From NCBI GenBank assembly GCA_944321705.1, contig CALUMG010000009.1, positions 9,418-73,417 on the forward strand: 64,000 nt of DNA. Reading direction: 5' to 3'. The notes under the pieces are model-generated. The model did not search any database, had not been told where the DNA came from, and saw only the letters and a program-made list of their open reading frames with translations. Shown in pieces: positions 32,924 to 42,746 of the stretch. Positions within the stretch are counted from its first letter, which is position 1; the number at the start of each line of letters is the position of its first letter. The translations under genes and the position numbers were made by a program. This DNA is from an uncultured Muribaculaceae bacterium (GTDB lineage: Bacteria > Bacteroidota > Bacteroidia > Bacteroidales > Muribaculaceae).

Positions 32924-33040
32924 GCTAAAGAAATTGAAATATACCAATAAAACGGAGAGAATGTATTTTGTGTTTAATCGCCAAACATGGGGAAAGATGA
33001 AAAATGCAAGCTCTTTTTTTACATTGCGCCCAACTTTGCA

Positions 33041-33048
33041 TATATTTG
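33041..33048 (+). promoter_or_regulatory. -7 box TATATTTG
   Basis: Matches TAnnTTTG, 29 nt upstream of the ATG at 33077. Confidence 0.45.
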
Positions 33049-33076
33049 TATTAGTAATAAATGAAGATTTTGAATT

Positions 33077-34399
33077 ATGAACAAGGCCGACAATACTTTC
33101 AATGAAGTAAGTGAAAGTTTCTCTATAAAAGAAGCTATTGATGAAGCAAAAAGATGTTTGAATTGCAAAAATCCGTTATGTAAAACAGGATGTCCCATAG
33201 AAAACGACATTCCGGGATTTATTCATCAATTGTCCATGGGAAACATGGGAGATGCCATGCGAATAATTAATGAAAAAAGCAATTTGCCAGCTATTTGCGG
33301 TCGTGTATGTCCACATGAAAAACAATGCCAGGGTCATTGTGTATTGTATGCGAAAGGCAAAGGCATACAGATAGGGAAGTTGGAGAGGTTTGTAGCCGAT
33401 TTTGATACTCAAATGAATTTAATCAGGGAGCGGTTGCCTCAAAAAACACGAGGCAAAGTGGCCGTGATAGGTTCAGGACCGGCAGGATTGACTGTTGCAG
33501 GGGACTTAGCCCGTCAGGGATTTAAAGTGACCATATTTGAAAGCCAAGAGGAAGCCGGCGGAGTGCTTATGTATGGAATCCCTGAGTATAGACTCCCTAA
33601 GGTCGTGGTGAGGAAAGAAATTGAGAAAATAGAAGCATTGGGTGTCAATTTTATATTAAATTGCGTTGTCGGCTATCAGATGACAGTTGATCAAATGTTT
33701 GAAAGAGGGTATGATGCTATCTTCATAGGAACCGGGACTGCGCTGCCTAAGGATCTTAATGTTCCCGGGGCTAAATTAAGAGGCGTCATTCAGTCATCAT
33801 ACTTGCTTCACATGGCTAATATTTATAATGAAGGAACTATCGGACGCGATGCAGTACCTTTGAAGGAAGGGGAAAAGGTAGGTGTTATAGGTTGTGGCAA
33901 TGTCGCGATGGATGCTGCGCGGACTGCTATACGCATGGGGGCATCGAGCGTTACGATTATATATCATCGCACAGAGGCAGACATGCCCGCCATAAAAAGT
34001 GAGTACCAAGAAGCCATTAAAGAAGGTGTCAAATTCATGTGGAACACATCTACACAAGAATTCTTGGGAGATGAATATGGGAATTTGAAAGCCATAAGGG
34101 CAACAACTCCCGATGGGGAAAAAATATATGAGTTTGACAGGATATGCTTGGCCATTGGTTCTCGGCCTGCCAATCGAATAGTGTCAACTACCACGGGCAT
34201 TGAGGTTGATGAATCGGGATATGTAAAAACCAGAGATTTTCCTTATGGCATGACAACACGACGCGGAGTTTTTGCAGGAGGAGATGTTGTCCATCATCCG
34301 GCAACTGTTGTGTTGGCGATGAAAGCAGCCAAACAGGTAGCCGTCGGCATTGCTCAATATGTGGATGCCATTAAATTAATAGAAGCAACAGAAAGTTGA
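33077..34399 (+). CDS. NAD(P)H-dependent oxidoreductase of the glutamate synthase small-subunit family (GltD/NfnB-like)
   Basis: N-terminal Fe-S cysteine clusters CLNCKNPLCKTGCP and CGRVCPHEKQCQGHC, followed by two Rossmann motifs VAVIGSGPAGL and VGVIGCGNVAMD. Confidence 0.8.
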   Translation: MNKADNTFNEVSESFSIKEAIDEAKRCLNCKNPLCKTGCPIENDIPGFIHQLSMGNMGDAMRIINEKSNLPAICGRVCPHEKQCQGHCVLYAKGKGIQIGKLERFVADFDTQMNLIRERLPQKTRGKVAVIGSGPAGLTVAGDLARQGFKVTIFESQEEAGGVLMYGIPEYRLPKVVVRKEIEKIEALGVNFILNCVVGYQMTVDQMFERGYDAIFIGTGTALPKDLNVPGAKLRGVIQSSYLLHMANIYNEGTIGRDAVPLKEGEKVGVIGCGNVAMDAARTAIRMGASSVTIIYHRTEADMPAIKSEYQEAIKEGVKFMWNTSTQEFLGDEYGNLKAIRATTPDGEKIYEFDRICLAIGSRPANRIVSTTTGIEVDESGYVKTRDFPYGMTTRRGVFAGGDVVHHPATVVLAMKAAKQVAVGIAQYVDAIKLIEATES

Positions 34400-34468
34400 T
34401 AATGTGTGCATATTTTGATTCAATTGAAATGACTACGGTTTATGGTTGGATATATGTATTAAAATTAT

Positions 34469-34476
34469 TAACTTTG
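34469..34476 (+). promoter_or_regulatory. -7 box TAACTTTG for carAB
   Basis: Matches TAnnTTTG upstream of carA. Confidence 0.4.
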
Positions 34477-34532
34477 TACGGTTTTTAGGTATGAAAAAAC
34501 CAACAAATATCACAAATACACATCTATCGTAT

Positions 34533-35603
34533 ATGCAAGAAACAAAGAAAGCCGTTCTTACGCTGGAAGACGGTACAACTTTCGAAGGTAAGTCTTTCGG
34601 ATATGACAAGCCGTGTGCAGGTGAGGTTGTGTTTAGTACAGCCATGACCGGTTATCCGGAGAGTTTGACCGATCCATCTTATAGCGGTCAAATATTGGTG
34701 ACTACCTATCCGATATTGGGTAATTATGGCGTTCCGCCTAAAAGCAATGACAATATAACCGCTCCGTATTTTGAAAGTGACAAAATACATTGTGAGGCGA
34801 TAATATGTCAAGATTATTCTTGGGATTACAGCCATTGGCAGGCAAAACGCAGCTTAAGTGAATGGCTTAAGGATGAAAAAATCGTCGGTATTTACGGAAT
34901 AGACACTCGTGCCTTGACCAAGATATTACGAGAAAAGGGATCCATGCTTGGCAAGATTGTTGTGGATGGCTGTGGTGATATTGGTTTTCATGACCCAAAT
35001 CAAGAAAATTTGGTGGCAAAGACAAGTTGCAAAGAAGTTATTGAATATGGTAAAGGAGACAAGACTGTGGTCCTTGTGGATTGCGGCGTAAAATACAATA
35101 TCATCCGTTGCCTGCTGAAACGAGGGGTGAAAGTTGTGAGGGTGCCTTGGAATTATGATTTCACACAATTGACGTATGATGGATTGTTCATATCCAATGG
35201 ACCCGGAAATCCGGATTTTGCAGAAGAGACAGTTGCCAATTTGCGTAAAGCAATAATGCAGGAAAAGCCAATTTGCGGTATTTGCATGGGTAATCAATTG
35301 TTGTCTAAAGCAGCTGGAGCAAAAGTGTACAAGTTGAAATATGGGCATAGAAGTCAAAATCAGCCTGTAATGAAGATTGGCACTACCAATTGTTATATAA
35401 CATCGCAAAACCACGGTTTTGCCGTGGATACTGAAACTTTAGGAGAAGAATGGGAACCGTTGTTCATAAATATGAATGACAATACTAACGAAGGTATCAG
35501 ACATAAGAACAAACCGTTCTTTTCTGCCCAATTCCATCCTGAGGCTTGTGGCGGACCAACCGATACGGAATTTATCTTTGATGATTTTATAAAATTACTC
35601 TAA
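34533..35603 (+). CDS. carA: carbamoyl-phosphate synthase small (glutaminase) subunit
   Basis: AVLTLEDGTTFEGKSFG, the catalytic GICMGNQLL, and HGF...FSAQFHPE. Start set at MQETKK (34533); an in-frame ATG at 34491 is the alternative. Confidence 0.9.
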   Translation: MQETKKAVLTLEDGTTFEGKSFGYDKPCAGEVVFSTAMTGYPESLTDPSYSGQILVTTYPILGNYGVPPKSNDNITAPYFESDKIHCEAIICQDYSWDYSHWQAKRSLSEWLKDEKIVGIYGIDTRALTKILREKGSMLGKIVVDGCGDIGFHDPNQENLVAKTSCKEVIEYGKGDKTVVLVDCGVKYNIIRCLLKRGVKVVRVPWNYDFTQLTYDGLFISNGPGNPDFAEETVANLRKAIMQEKPICGICMGNQLLSKAAGAKVYKLKYGHRSQNQPVMKIGTTNCYITSQNHGFAVDTETLGEEWEPLFINMNDNTNEGIRHKNKPFFSAQFHPEACGGPTDTEFIFDDFIKLL

Positions 35604-35625
35604 TTTTAGTGCACAAGTAACGATT

Positions 35626-38600
35626 ATGGACAGAGAGAAAATTAAAAAAGTATTACTTCTTGGTTCCGGAGCTTTGAAAATAGGTGAAGCCGGCGAATTT
35701 GATTATTCCGGTTCGCAAGCTTTGAAAGCACTAAAAGAGGAATCGATAGAGACCGTATTGATAAATCCAAATATAGCAACGGTTCAAACATCAGATGATT
35801 TTGCTGATAGAATTTATTTCTTGCCGGTAACTCCATATTTTGTGGAAAAAGTTATCGCCAAGGAGAGACCACAAGGCATATTGTTGTCGTTTGGAGGTCA
35901 GACGGCACTCAACTGCGGAGTTCAACTGTATAAGAGCGGAATCCTTGAAAAATATGGCGTACAGGTACTTGGAACACCTGTTCAAGCCATTATGGATACA
36001 GAAGACAGGGAACTCTTTGTCAAAAAACTTGATGAGATAAATGTAAAGACGATAAAAAGTGAAGCCGTAGAAAGCGTAAACGATGCAATAAAAGCTGCGG
36101 ATGAGCTTGGCTATCCGGTGATAGTTAGAGCCGCTTATGCTCTTGGCGGTCTTGGCAGTGGATTCTGCGACAATGAAGGTGAACTAAGAACTCTTGTTGA
36201 AAAAGCGTTGTCTTTCTCTCCGCAAGTGTTAATAGAAAAATCTCTTAAAGGGTGGAAGGAAATCGAATATGAAGTGGTACGCGACCGATACGATAATTGT
36301 ATCACCGTATGTAACATGGAAAATTTCGATCCACTTGGAATTCATACGGGAGAGAGTATAGTCGTTGCTCCATCTCAAACATTATCTAATGCTGATTATC
36401 ACTTATTGCGCGAACTTGCAATTAAGATAATAAGACATGTTGGTATTGTTGGCGAATGTAACGTTCAATATGCATATGACCCTAAATCGATGGATTATCG
36501 TGTCATTGAAGTGAATGCACGTTTAAGTCGAAGTTCTGCATTGGCTTCTAAAGCTACGGGCTATCCATTGGCTTTTGTTGCTGCCAAGCTCGGATTGGGT
36601 TATGGATTATTTGAATTGAAGAATTCCGTAACAAAAGTCACGTCGGCATTTTTTGAACCAGCTTTGGATTACATAGTATGTAAAATCCCACGTTGGGATT
36701 TAGGTAAATTCCACGGAGTCAATCGTGAAATAGGTTCTTCAATGAAATCGGTCGGTGAAGTCATGGCCATAGGACGAACTTTCGAGGAAGTAATCCAAAA
36801 AGGCTTACGAATGATAGGCCAAGGCATGCACGGGTTCATTGAAAACAAACCTTTAAAGGTGGTTGACACTGAAAAGGCATTAAAAGAACCTACCGACAAG
36901 CGTATATTCGTTATAGAAAATGCAATAAGAGAAGGGTATACAGTCGATCAGATACATGAGTTGACAAAGATTGACAAATGGTTCTTATATAAATTGCAGA
37001 ATATTGTAAATACGGCCCTTGAGCTTGAAAAATTTTCGGATATACAGGATCTTCCTGTTGAATTGCTTAAACGAGCTAAATCGGAGGGCTTTTCCGATTT
37101 CCAAATAGCAAGAGCTGTATTGAAAACAAATATGGGTAATACCGAAGAAGCCAATCTTGCGGTACGTCATTTAAGGAAAGGGTATGGAATTGTTCCTTGC
37201 GTAAAGCAAATCGACACTCTTGCAGCAGAATATCCGGCACAGACGAATTATCTATATTTGACTTATAATGGCAATGAAAATGACGTGACATATCTTCATG
37301 ATCATCGTTCAATCATTGTTCTTGGTTCAGGAGCCTATCGCATAGGTAGCTCGGTAGAATTTGACTGGTGCAGCGTTAATGCGCTAATGACCGTCAAGAA
37401 GGAAGGATGGCGTTCTGTAATGATTAATTATAATCCGGAAACTGTGTCGACCGACTATGACATGTGTGACCGATTATACTTTGATGAATTGACATTTGAG
37501 CGTGTCATGGATATCATTGAACTTGAGCAACCTCATGGGGTAATCTTGTCGACAGGAGGCCAAATTCCAAACAATCTTGCCACACGCCTTGACGCGGAGA
37601 AGGTCAATATTCTTGGAACAAGTGCCACGAGCATTGACAATGCCGAGGACAGGCATAAATTCTCATCGATGCTTGATTCTCTTGGAATAGACCAGCCGAG
37701 ATGGAGAGAATTGACATCGCTGGAAGACATATATGAATTCGTAGGGGAGGTAGGGTATCCTGTTCTTGTGCGACCGTCTTATGTTTTGTCAGGTGCGGCA
37801 ATGAATGTATGTTCGAATGATGAAGATTTGGAGAAATTCCTTAAGCTCGCAGCAAATGTGTCAAAACAGCATCCTGTCGTTGTCAGCTCATTCATTCAGA
37901 ATGCGAAAGAGATAGAATGGGATGCCGTAGCACAAAACGGAGAAATAAAACTATACGCAATATCAGAACACATAGAATTTGCCGGAGTGCATTCAGGTGA
38001 CGCAACCATACAGTTCCCGCCACAAAAATTGTATGTGGAAACTATAAGAAGGATTAAGAAGATAAGCGGACAGATTGCGAAAGCTTTGAACATATCCGGA
38101 CCGTTCAATATACAATATCTTGCGAAGAACAATGATATAAAAGTAATTGAATGCAACTTGCGTGCTTCGCGTAGTTTCCCGTTCGTTTCCAAAGTACTTA
38201 AGTTGAATTTCATAGATTTGGCAACAAAAGTGATGCTTGGCATACCTGTAGAGAAACCGAATAAAAATGCTTTTGACTTGGATTATGTGGGAATTAAAGC
38301 TTCGCAATTTTCATTCTCGAGATTGCAAGGTGCAGATCCTGTCTTGGGTGTAGACATGTCTTCGACAGGAGAAGTGGGATGCTTGGGTGAAAATACTTCG
38401 GAAGCCTTGCTTAAGGCCATGTTATCGGTAGGACATAAGATCCCACAAAAAAGTGTGTTGTTAAGCACCGGAGGAGCAAAGCAAAAGGCCGATATGTTGG
38501 ATGCCGCGCACAAATTGCATGAAAAAGGATATACATTGTATGCTACTGGTGGTACACATAAATTCTTGAATGAAAATGGTATCCCTGCAATACATGTGTA

Positions 38601-38853
38601 CTGGCCAAGTGAAAGTGATAAACAACCACAAGCTTTAGATTTACTGCACGGCAAGCAGATTGACATGGTTGTGAACATACCGAAGAACTTGTCTTCAACA
38701 GAATTGTCCAACGGATATAAGATAAGACGCGCAGCGGTCGATTTAAATATTCCTTTGTTGACAAATGCTCGGTTAGCTTCGGCATTTATAGATGCTTTCT
38801 GTGATTTGAATCTTGATGAGATAGAAATAAAATCATGGGGCGAATATTGCTAA
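35626..38853 (+). CDS. carB: carbamoyl-phosphate synthase large subunit
   Basis: 1075 aa with duplicated ATP-grasp halves and an MGS-like C-terminus: KKVLLLGSGALKIGEAGEFDYSGSQA, IEVNARLSRSSALASKATGYPLA and IECNLRASRSFPFVSK. Confidence 0.97.
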   Translation: MDREKIKKVLLLGSGALKIGEAGEFDYSGSQALKALKEESIETVLINPNIATVQTSDDFADRIYFLPVTPYFVEKVIAKERPQGILLSFGGQTALNCGVQLYKSGILEKYGVQVLGTPVQAIMDTEDRELFVKKLDEINVKTIKSEAVESVNDAIKAADELGYPVIVRAAYALGGLGSGFCDNEGELRTLVEKALSFSPQVLIEKSLKGWKEIEYEVVRDRYDNCITVCNMENFDPLGIHTGESIVVAPSQTLSNADYHLLRELAIKIIRHVGIVGECNVQYAYDPKSMDYRVIEVNARLSRSSALASKATGYPLAFVAAKLGLGYGLFELKNSVTKVTSAFFEPALDYIVCKIPRWDLGKFHGVNREIGSSMKSVGEVMAIGRTFEEVIQKGLRMIGQGMHGFIENKPLKVVDTEKALKEPTDKRIFVIENAIREGYTVDQIHELTKIDKWFLYKLQNIVNTALELEKFSDIQDLPVELLKRAKSEGFSDFQIARAVLKTNMGNTEEANLAVRHLRKGYGIVPCVKQIDTLAAEYPAQTNYLYLTYNGNENDVTYLHDHRSIIVLGSGAYRIGSSVEFDWCSVNALMTVKKEGWRSVMINYNPETVSTDYDMCDRLYFDELTFERVMDIIELEQPHGVILSTGGQIPNNLATRLDAEKVNILGTSATSIDNAEDRHKFSSMLDSLGIDQPRWRELTSLEDIYEFVGEVGYPVLVRPSYVLSGAAMNVCSNDEDLEKFLKLAANVSKQHPVVVSSFIQNAKEIEWDAVAQNGEIKLYAISEHIEFAGVHSGDATIQFPPQKLYVETIRRIKKISGQIAKALNISGPFNIQYLAKNNDIKVIECNLRASRSFPFVSKVLKLNFIDLATKVMLGIPVEKPNKNAFDLDYVGIKASQFSFSRLQGADPVLGVDMSSTGEVGCLGENTSEALLKAMLSVGHKIPQKSVLLSTGGAKQKADMLDAAHKLHEKGYTLYATGGTHKFLNENGIPAIHVYWPSESDKQPQALDLLHGKQIDMVVNIPKNLSSTELSNGYKIRRAAVDLNIPLLTNARLASAFIDAFCDLNLDEIEIKSWGEYC

Positions 38854-38875
38854 TAAGATAGTAATTCAATAAATA

Positions 38876-38920
38876 AAGGCATGCAATCGGGTGATAGCCG
38901 GCTGCATGCCTTGTTTTTAT
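38876..38920 (+). terminator. intrinsic terminator after carB
   Basis: AAGGCATGCA (38876-38885) pairs with TGCATGCCTT (38903-38912), followed by GTTTTT. It lies inside the ORF-track N-terminal extension of the next gene, which supports the ATG at 38935. Confidence 0.6.
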
Positions 38921-38934
38921 TATTTGAAACCAAC

Positions 38935-39651
38935 ATGAGGGAGCATGTGTTCAGATTCAAACAGTTTAGCGTAAAAAATGAGATATCGGCCATGAAAGTT
39001 GGAACCGATGGTGTCTTGGTAGGTGCGTGGTGTGATGTGTCCAACGTTGAGAACGTGCTTGATGTCGGAACAGGAACGGGCTTGATAGCTTTGATGATAG
39101 CACAAAGGAACGAAAAAGCTGCGATAGATGCTTTGGATATCGATGCAACTGCATGTGTTGAAGCCACATATAATGTGAATAATTCTCCATGGAAGAATAG
39201 GATAAAAGTCATTAACGACGATTACGTCAATTATGCGAAGAAATGTGGGAAAAAATATGATTTGATAGTATCCAATCCTCCGTTTTTTAATAATGGCGTG
39301 TTACCTCCTAATCAAGAACGGTCAATGGCTCGTCACTGCATCAATTTGTCTTTTGAAGAATTAATTTCAAATGCAATGCAATTAATGTCGGAGAATGGAA
39401 GATTATGTTTCATATCCCCATCTGATATTGAAACTTCCATAAGTGGTATATTGAGTAATGTGAATCTGCACTTAAATAAGAAAACATTAGTATTTCCGAA
39501 GCCTGGCAGTATGGCAAAACGAATACTGTGGGAAATTGGTGCCCGATCGGTTGGCCTAAAAGAAAGTTCATTAACGATAGAAAAGGATAGCCATCATGAA
39601 TACAGTGCAGACTATGTGAATTTGACGAAGGATTTTTACCTTAAGATGTAA
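38935..39651 (+). CDS. trmN6: tRNA1(Val) (adenine37-N6)-methyltransferase (YfiC/TrmN6 family)
   Basis: Collinear with E. coli YfiC from memory: FRFKQFSVKNEISAMKVGTDGVLVGAW, DVGTGTGLIALMIAQR, the catalytic SNPPFF, and a C-terminal YSADYVNLTKDFYLKM. Confidence 0.8.
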   Translation: MREHVFRFKQFSVKNEISAMKVGTDGVLVGAWCDVSNVENVLDVGTGTGLIALMIAQRNEKAAIDALDIDATACVEATYNVNNSPWKNRIKVINDDYVNYAKKCGKKYDLIVSNPPFFNNGVLPPNQERSMARHCINLSFEELISNAMQLMSENGRLCFISPSDIETSISGILSNVNLHLNKKTLVFPKPGSMAKRILWEIGARSVGLKESSLTIEKDSHHEYSADYVNLTKDFYLKM

Positions 39652-39663
39652 ACGGATAAAAGC

Positions 39664-39700
39664 AGGCACGAAGTATTTTTTATGCTTCGTGCCTAGTTTT
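39664..39700. terminator. bidirectional terminator between trmN6 and tyrA
   Basis: AGGCACGAAG (39664-39673) pairs with CTTCGTGCCT (39685-39694), with T-rich flanks on both strands. Confidence 0.65.
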
Positions 39701-39709
39701 AGAGTAGTA

Positions 39710-40483
39710 TTATTTTATGTTCATTCTCACTTCGTCAAGGAAGTTTTTCATTGCATTGCAATCTTTGTTTTCAACTATTTGTTGCAGTTGGGCCAGTTTT
39801 GCCTGAATGTTCTTTAGCTGACCTGCTGTGTATGGATTGAACAATATTTCTTGCAACAGATAATCGTCTTCCGACATCAATCCTTGAGCAATGGCCATGT
39901 GACGTTTAAAAGTAGTGCCCGGAGCATCTTGGTGTTTCATTACAGCGGCAAAAGCCAATGTGCTGGCAAAAGGTATCGACAGGGAAAATGCAATTGTTTC
40001 ATCATGTTGCTTGAAAGTATATTCAAAGATGTTTAAATGCAACTCATTGTACAGGTCTTTGAAAAAGACTTTGCCTAAATGAGCCCCCTCTGATATTATG
40101 ATCGCGTTCTCGTTTGACAGATTGCTAAGTGACGCGAATGTCGGACCAAACATGGGGTGTGTGCTGACAAATTGATGGTTGCATTTTTCGTAAAATTCAG
40201 GCAATCCCGTTTTTACCGAAGCAATGTCTGACAATATGCAATTCTCAGGCAAGAATGGCAGAACCTCGTTGAATGCACTTATAGTGTATTTTACGGTTAC
40301 GGCATTAATCAGAAGTTCAGGTTTGAATTCTTTTATTTCGTCATAAGTCGTAAATCGTTGTGCGTTAAACGTGAATCTCAGACGTTGAATATCTTTATCG
40401 AATACTGCGACATCATGCTTGAAACTGAGTACATCACAAAAGAATGTACCCATTTTGCCTGCACCTAATATCAGGATTTTCAT
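39710..40483 (-). CDS. tyrA: prephenate dehydrogenase
   Basis: MKILILGAGKMGTFF Rossmann motif, STHPMFGP, and its operon context. Confidence 0.8.
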   Translation of the reverse strand: MKILILGAGKMGTFFCDVLSFKHDVAVFDKDIQRLRFTFNAQRFTTYDEIKEFKPELLINAVTVKYTISAFNEVLPFLPENCILSDIASVKTGLPEFYEKCNHQFVSTHPMFGPTFASLSNLSNENAIIISEGAHLGKVFFKDLYNELHLNIFEYTFKQHDETIAFSLSIPFASTLAFAAVMKHQDAPGTTFKRHMAIAQGLMSEDDYLLQEILFNPYTAGQLKNIQAKLAQLQQIVENKDCNAMKNFLDEVRMNIK

Positions 40484-41547
40484 TTTGCTCTATTGTTTAA
40501 TACTTCTATTTGTTGACGTACCGATTCTTCGTGAATGGCTTCAATGACAGTCCTCATAAAGTTGCCACTCATGCCAAGTTCTTCGGCAAGTTTCACACGA
40601 GTAGTCAATATGTCGTCATATCGATTGGTATGTACGATTTGCATGCTGTGTTCTTTCTTGTATTGACCAATCTCACGAGAAATTCTCATGCGCTTAGCCA
40701 GAATTTCGATAAGTTCATTGTCGATTTGGTCTATCTGCTGCCTTAGCATAGTAAGACTTTCGGTAGTCTGAGTCGTTTCTCTTATTACGAGAGTATTAAG
40801 AATGAAATTAAGTACTTCAGGAGTTATTTGCTGGCTTTTGTCGCTCCAAGCGTTATCAGGGTCGCAATGGGCTTCAATCATTAATCCGTCAAATCCCATG
40901 TCAAGGGCTTGTTGCGACAAAGGTGCTATAAGTTCTCTTTTGCCTCCCATGTGGGAAGGGTCGCAAATTATTTGCAGGTTAGGCATGCGGCGGCGCAGTT
41001 CTATTGGGATGTGCCATTGCGGCATGTTCCTGTACAGGTGTTTCCCATATACTGTAAATCCGCGATGAATGGCTGCGATTCTCCTTATACCCGCATTATA
41101 TATTCTTTGTACGGCACCTATCCATAATTCAAGATCCGGATTGACGGGGTTCTTTATCAATACAGGTATATCTATGCCTGAGAGGCTATCAGCGATTTCT
41201 TGCACGGCAAAAGGGTTGGCCGAAGTTCTTGCACCTATCCAAAGCATGTCGATTCCGGCTTTTAATGCAGCTTCGACATGTGATTTATTGGCGACTTCGG
41301 TGCTGACTAACATGCCTGTTTCTTGTTTTATTTGTTTTAACCATTCAAGGCCGGTTTCTCCAATGCCTTCAAATCCGCCAGGTTTAGTGCGAGGTTTCCA
41401 TATGCCGGCCCTGAATATCGTTATGCCATATTCGGCAAGGGCACGAGCTGTGTTCATTACTTGATTCTCACTTTCGGCACTGCATGGTCCGGCGATTACA
41501 ATCGGTTTGTTTTTCTCGACTTGTGTTATTGGTTGTAAATCTAACAT
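40480..41547 (-). CDS. bifunctional 3-deoxy-7-phosphoheptulonate synthase / chorismate mutase
   Basis: N-terminal type I-beta DAHPS (IAGPCSAES, RAGIWKPRT, ICDPSH) fused to a C-terminal AroQ chorismate mutase (LRQQIDQIDNELIEILAKRMRISREIGQYK). Confidence 0.87.
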   Translation of the reverse strand: MLDLQPITQVEKNKPIVIAGPCSAESENQVMNTARALAEYGITIFRAGIWKPRTKPGGFEGIGETGLEWLKQIKQETGMLVSTEVANKSHVEAALKAGIDMLWIGARTSANPFAVQEIADSLSGIDIPVLIKNPVNPDLELWIGAVQRIYNAGIRRIAAIHRGFTVYGKHLYRNMPQWHIPIELRRRMPNLQIICDPSHMGGKRELIAPLSQQALDMGFDGLMIEAHCDPDNAWSDKSQQITPEVLNFILNTLVIRETTQTTESLTMLRQQIDQIDNELIEILAKRMRISREIGQYKKEHSMQIVHTNRYDDILTTRVKLAEELGMSGNFMRTVIEAIHEESVRQQIEVLNNRAK

Positions 41548-41561
41548 AATGTGTATATTTT

Positions 41562-42746
41562 TTATTTATTTGACATTTCTTTTATACGATTTAATGCTTC
41601 TTGCATTTTTTCTTCAGGGGCACATAGTGAAATCCTAATATATCTGTTTCCATTATTGCCGAAAATGAATCCGGGAGTGACGAACACTCTGGCGCGGTCA
41701 AGAATTTTGTCGGCCAATGTTTCGGAATCTTTCTCTTCGTCGGGAATTCGGCCCCACAGGAATAAGCCTGATTGCCGTTGGTCGAAGTGACAACCTAATG
41801 CTGTCATGATTTGTTCGGCAATGACTCTGCGCTTGCGATATGTATCATTGATTTTATCATACCACGACTTGTCGCATTTCAATGCTTCGGTCGCTGCAAG
41901 CATCATCGGTTTGAATTGCCCGGAATCGATATTGGATTTTACTTTCAATATCCATTGTATGAATTCCGGGTTAGACGCAATCATGGCGATTCGCCAGCCG
42001 GCCATGTTGTGCGATTTGCTGAGAGAGTTCATTTCGATGGCAATATCTTTGGCTCCGTCAATGCTTAGGATGCTAAGAGGATTGTCGTTCAAAATAAAAC
42101 TGTAAGGATTGTCATTTACAATTACTATGTCATGCTTGATCCCGAAATCAATTAATTTTTTGAACAACTCGACTGAAGCACGCTTCCCGGTTGGCATATG
42201 AGGGTAGTTGACCCACATTAATTTTACTTCATCCAAAGGTAATTGCTCAAGAGCTTCAAAATCTGGTTCCCAATTGGAATCTTCAGTTAAATCGTATTTA
42301 TAGATTTTTGCACCGGCAAGTTTGCTTACGGATGTATAAGTAGGGTAGCCCGGATCGGGAATAAGTACCGCATCGCCTGGGTTGATAAAAGCCAGCGTGG
42401 TGTGGAGTATGCCTTCCTTTGATCCTATTAAAGGCTGAATCTCGGTAACCGGGTCAAGAACCACGTTGTAATATCTTTCATACCAGTTGGCGAAAGCTTC
42501 TCTTAATTGAGGTAGCCCGACGTAAGGTTGGTATCCATGTACATCAGCTTTTTGAGCTTCTTGGCACAAAGTGGATATGACATCGGGATGAGGCGGACGG
42601 TCGGGCCCCCCGATTCCTAAAGAAATTATATCAGCTCCATTAGCATTTAATGCAGCTATTTCTCGTAATTTTTTAGAGAAATAATATTCTTTTATTTGCG
42701 TGACACGCTGAGCAGGTTGTATGTTGTTATTGTTCATATTCGGCAT
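41562..42746 (-). CDS. class I/II PLP-dependent aminotransferase (probable aromatic/prephenate aminotransferase)
   Basis: ISLGIGGPD, the NYPHMPTG-type motif, and the PLP-lysine context SLSKSHNMAGWRIA. It overlaps the pheA stop by 20 nt. Confidence 0.8.
   Translation of the reverse strand: MPNMNNNNIQPAQRVTQIKEYYFSKKLREIAALNANGADIISLGIGGPDRPPHPDVISTLCQEAQKADVHGYQPYVGLPQLREAFANWYERYYNVVLDPVTEIQPLIGSKEGILHTTLAFINPGDAVLIPDPGYPTYTSVSKLAGAKIYKYDLTEDSNWEPDFEALEQLPLDEVKLMWVNYPHMPTGKRASVELFKKLIDFGIKHDIVIVNDNPYSFILNDNPLSILSIDGAKDIAIEMNSLSKSHNMAGWRIAMIASNPEFIQWILKVKSNIDSGQFKPMMLAATEALKCDKSWYDKINDTYRKRRVIAEQIMTALGCHFDQRQSGLFLWGRIPDEEKDSETLADKILDRARVFVTPGFIFGNNGNRYIRISLCAPEEKMQEALNRIKEMSNK

Noticed and set aside
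32708-32947. 79-aa minus-strand ORF from the track.
   Set aside because: It lies on top of the TPP riboswitch aptamer and the thi promoter, and its sequence is not protein-like.
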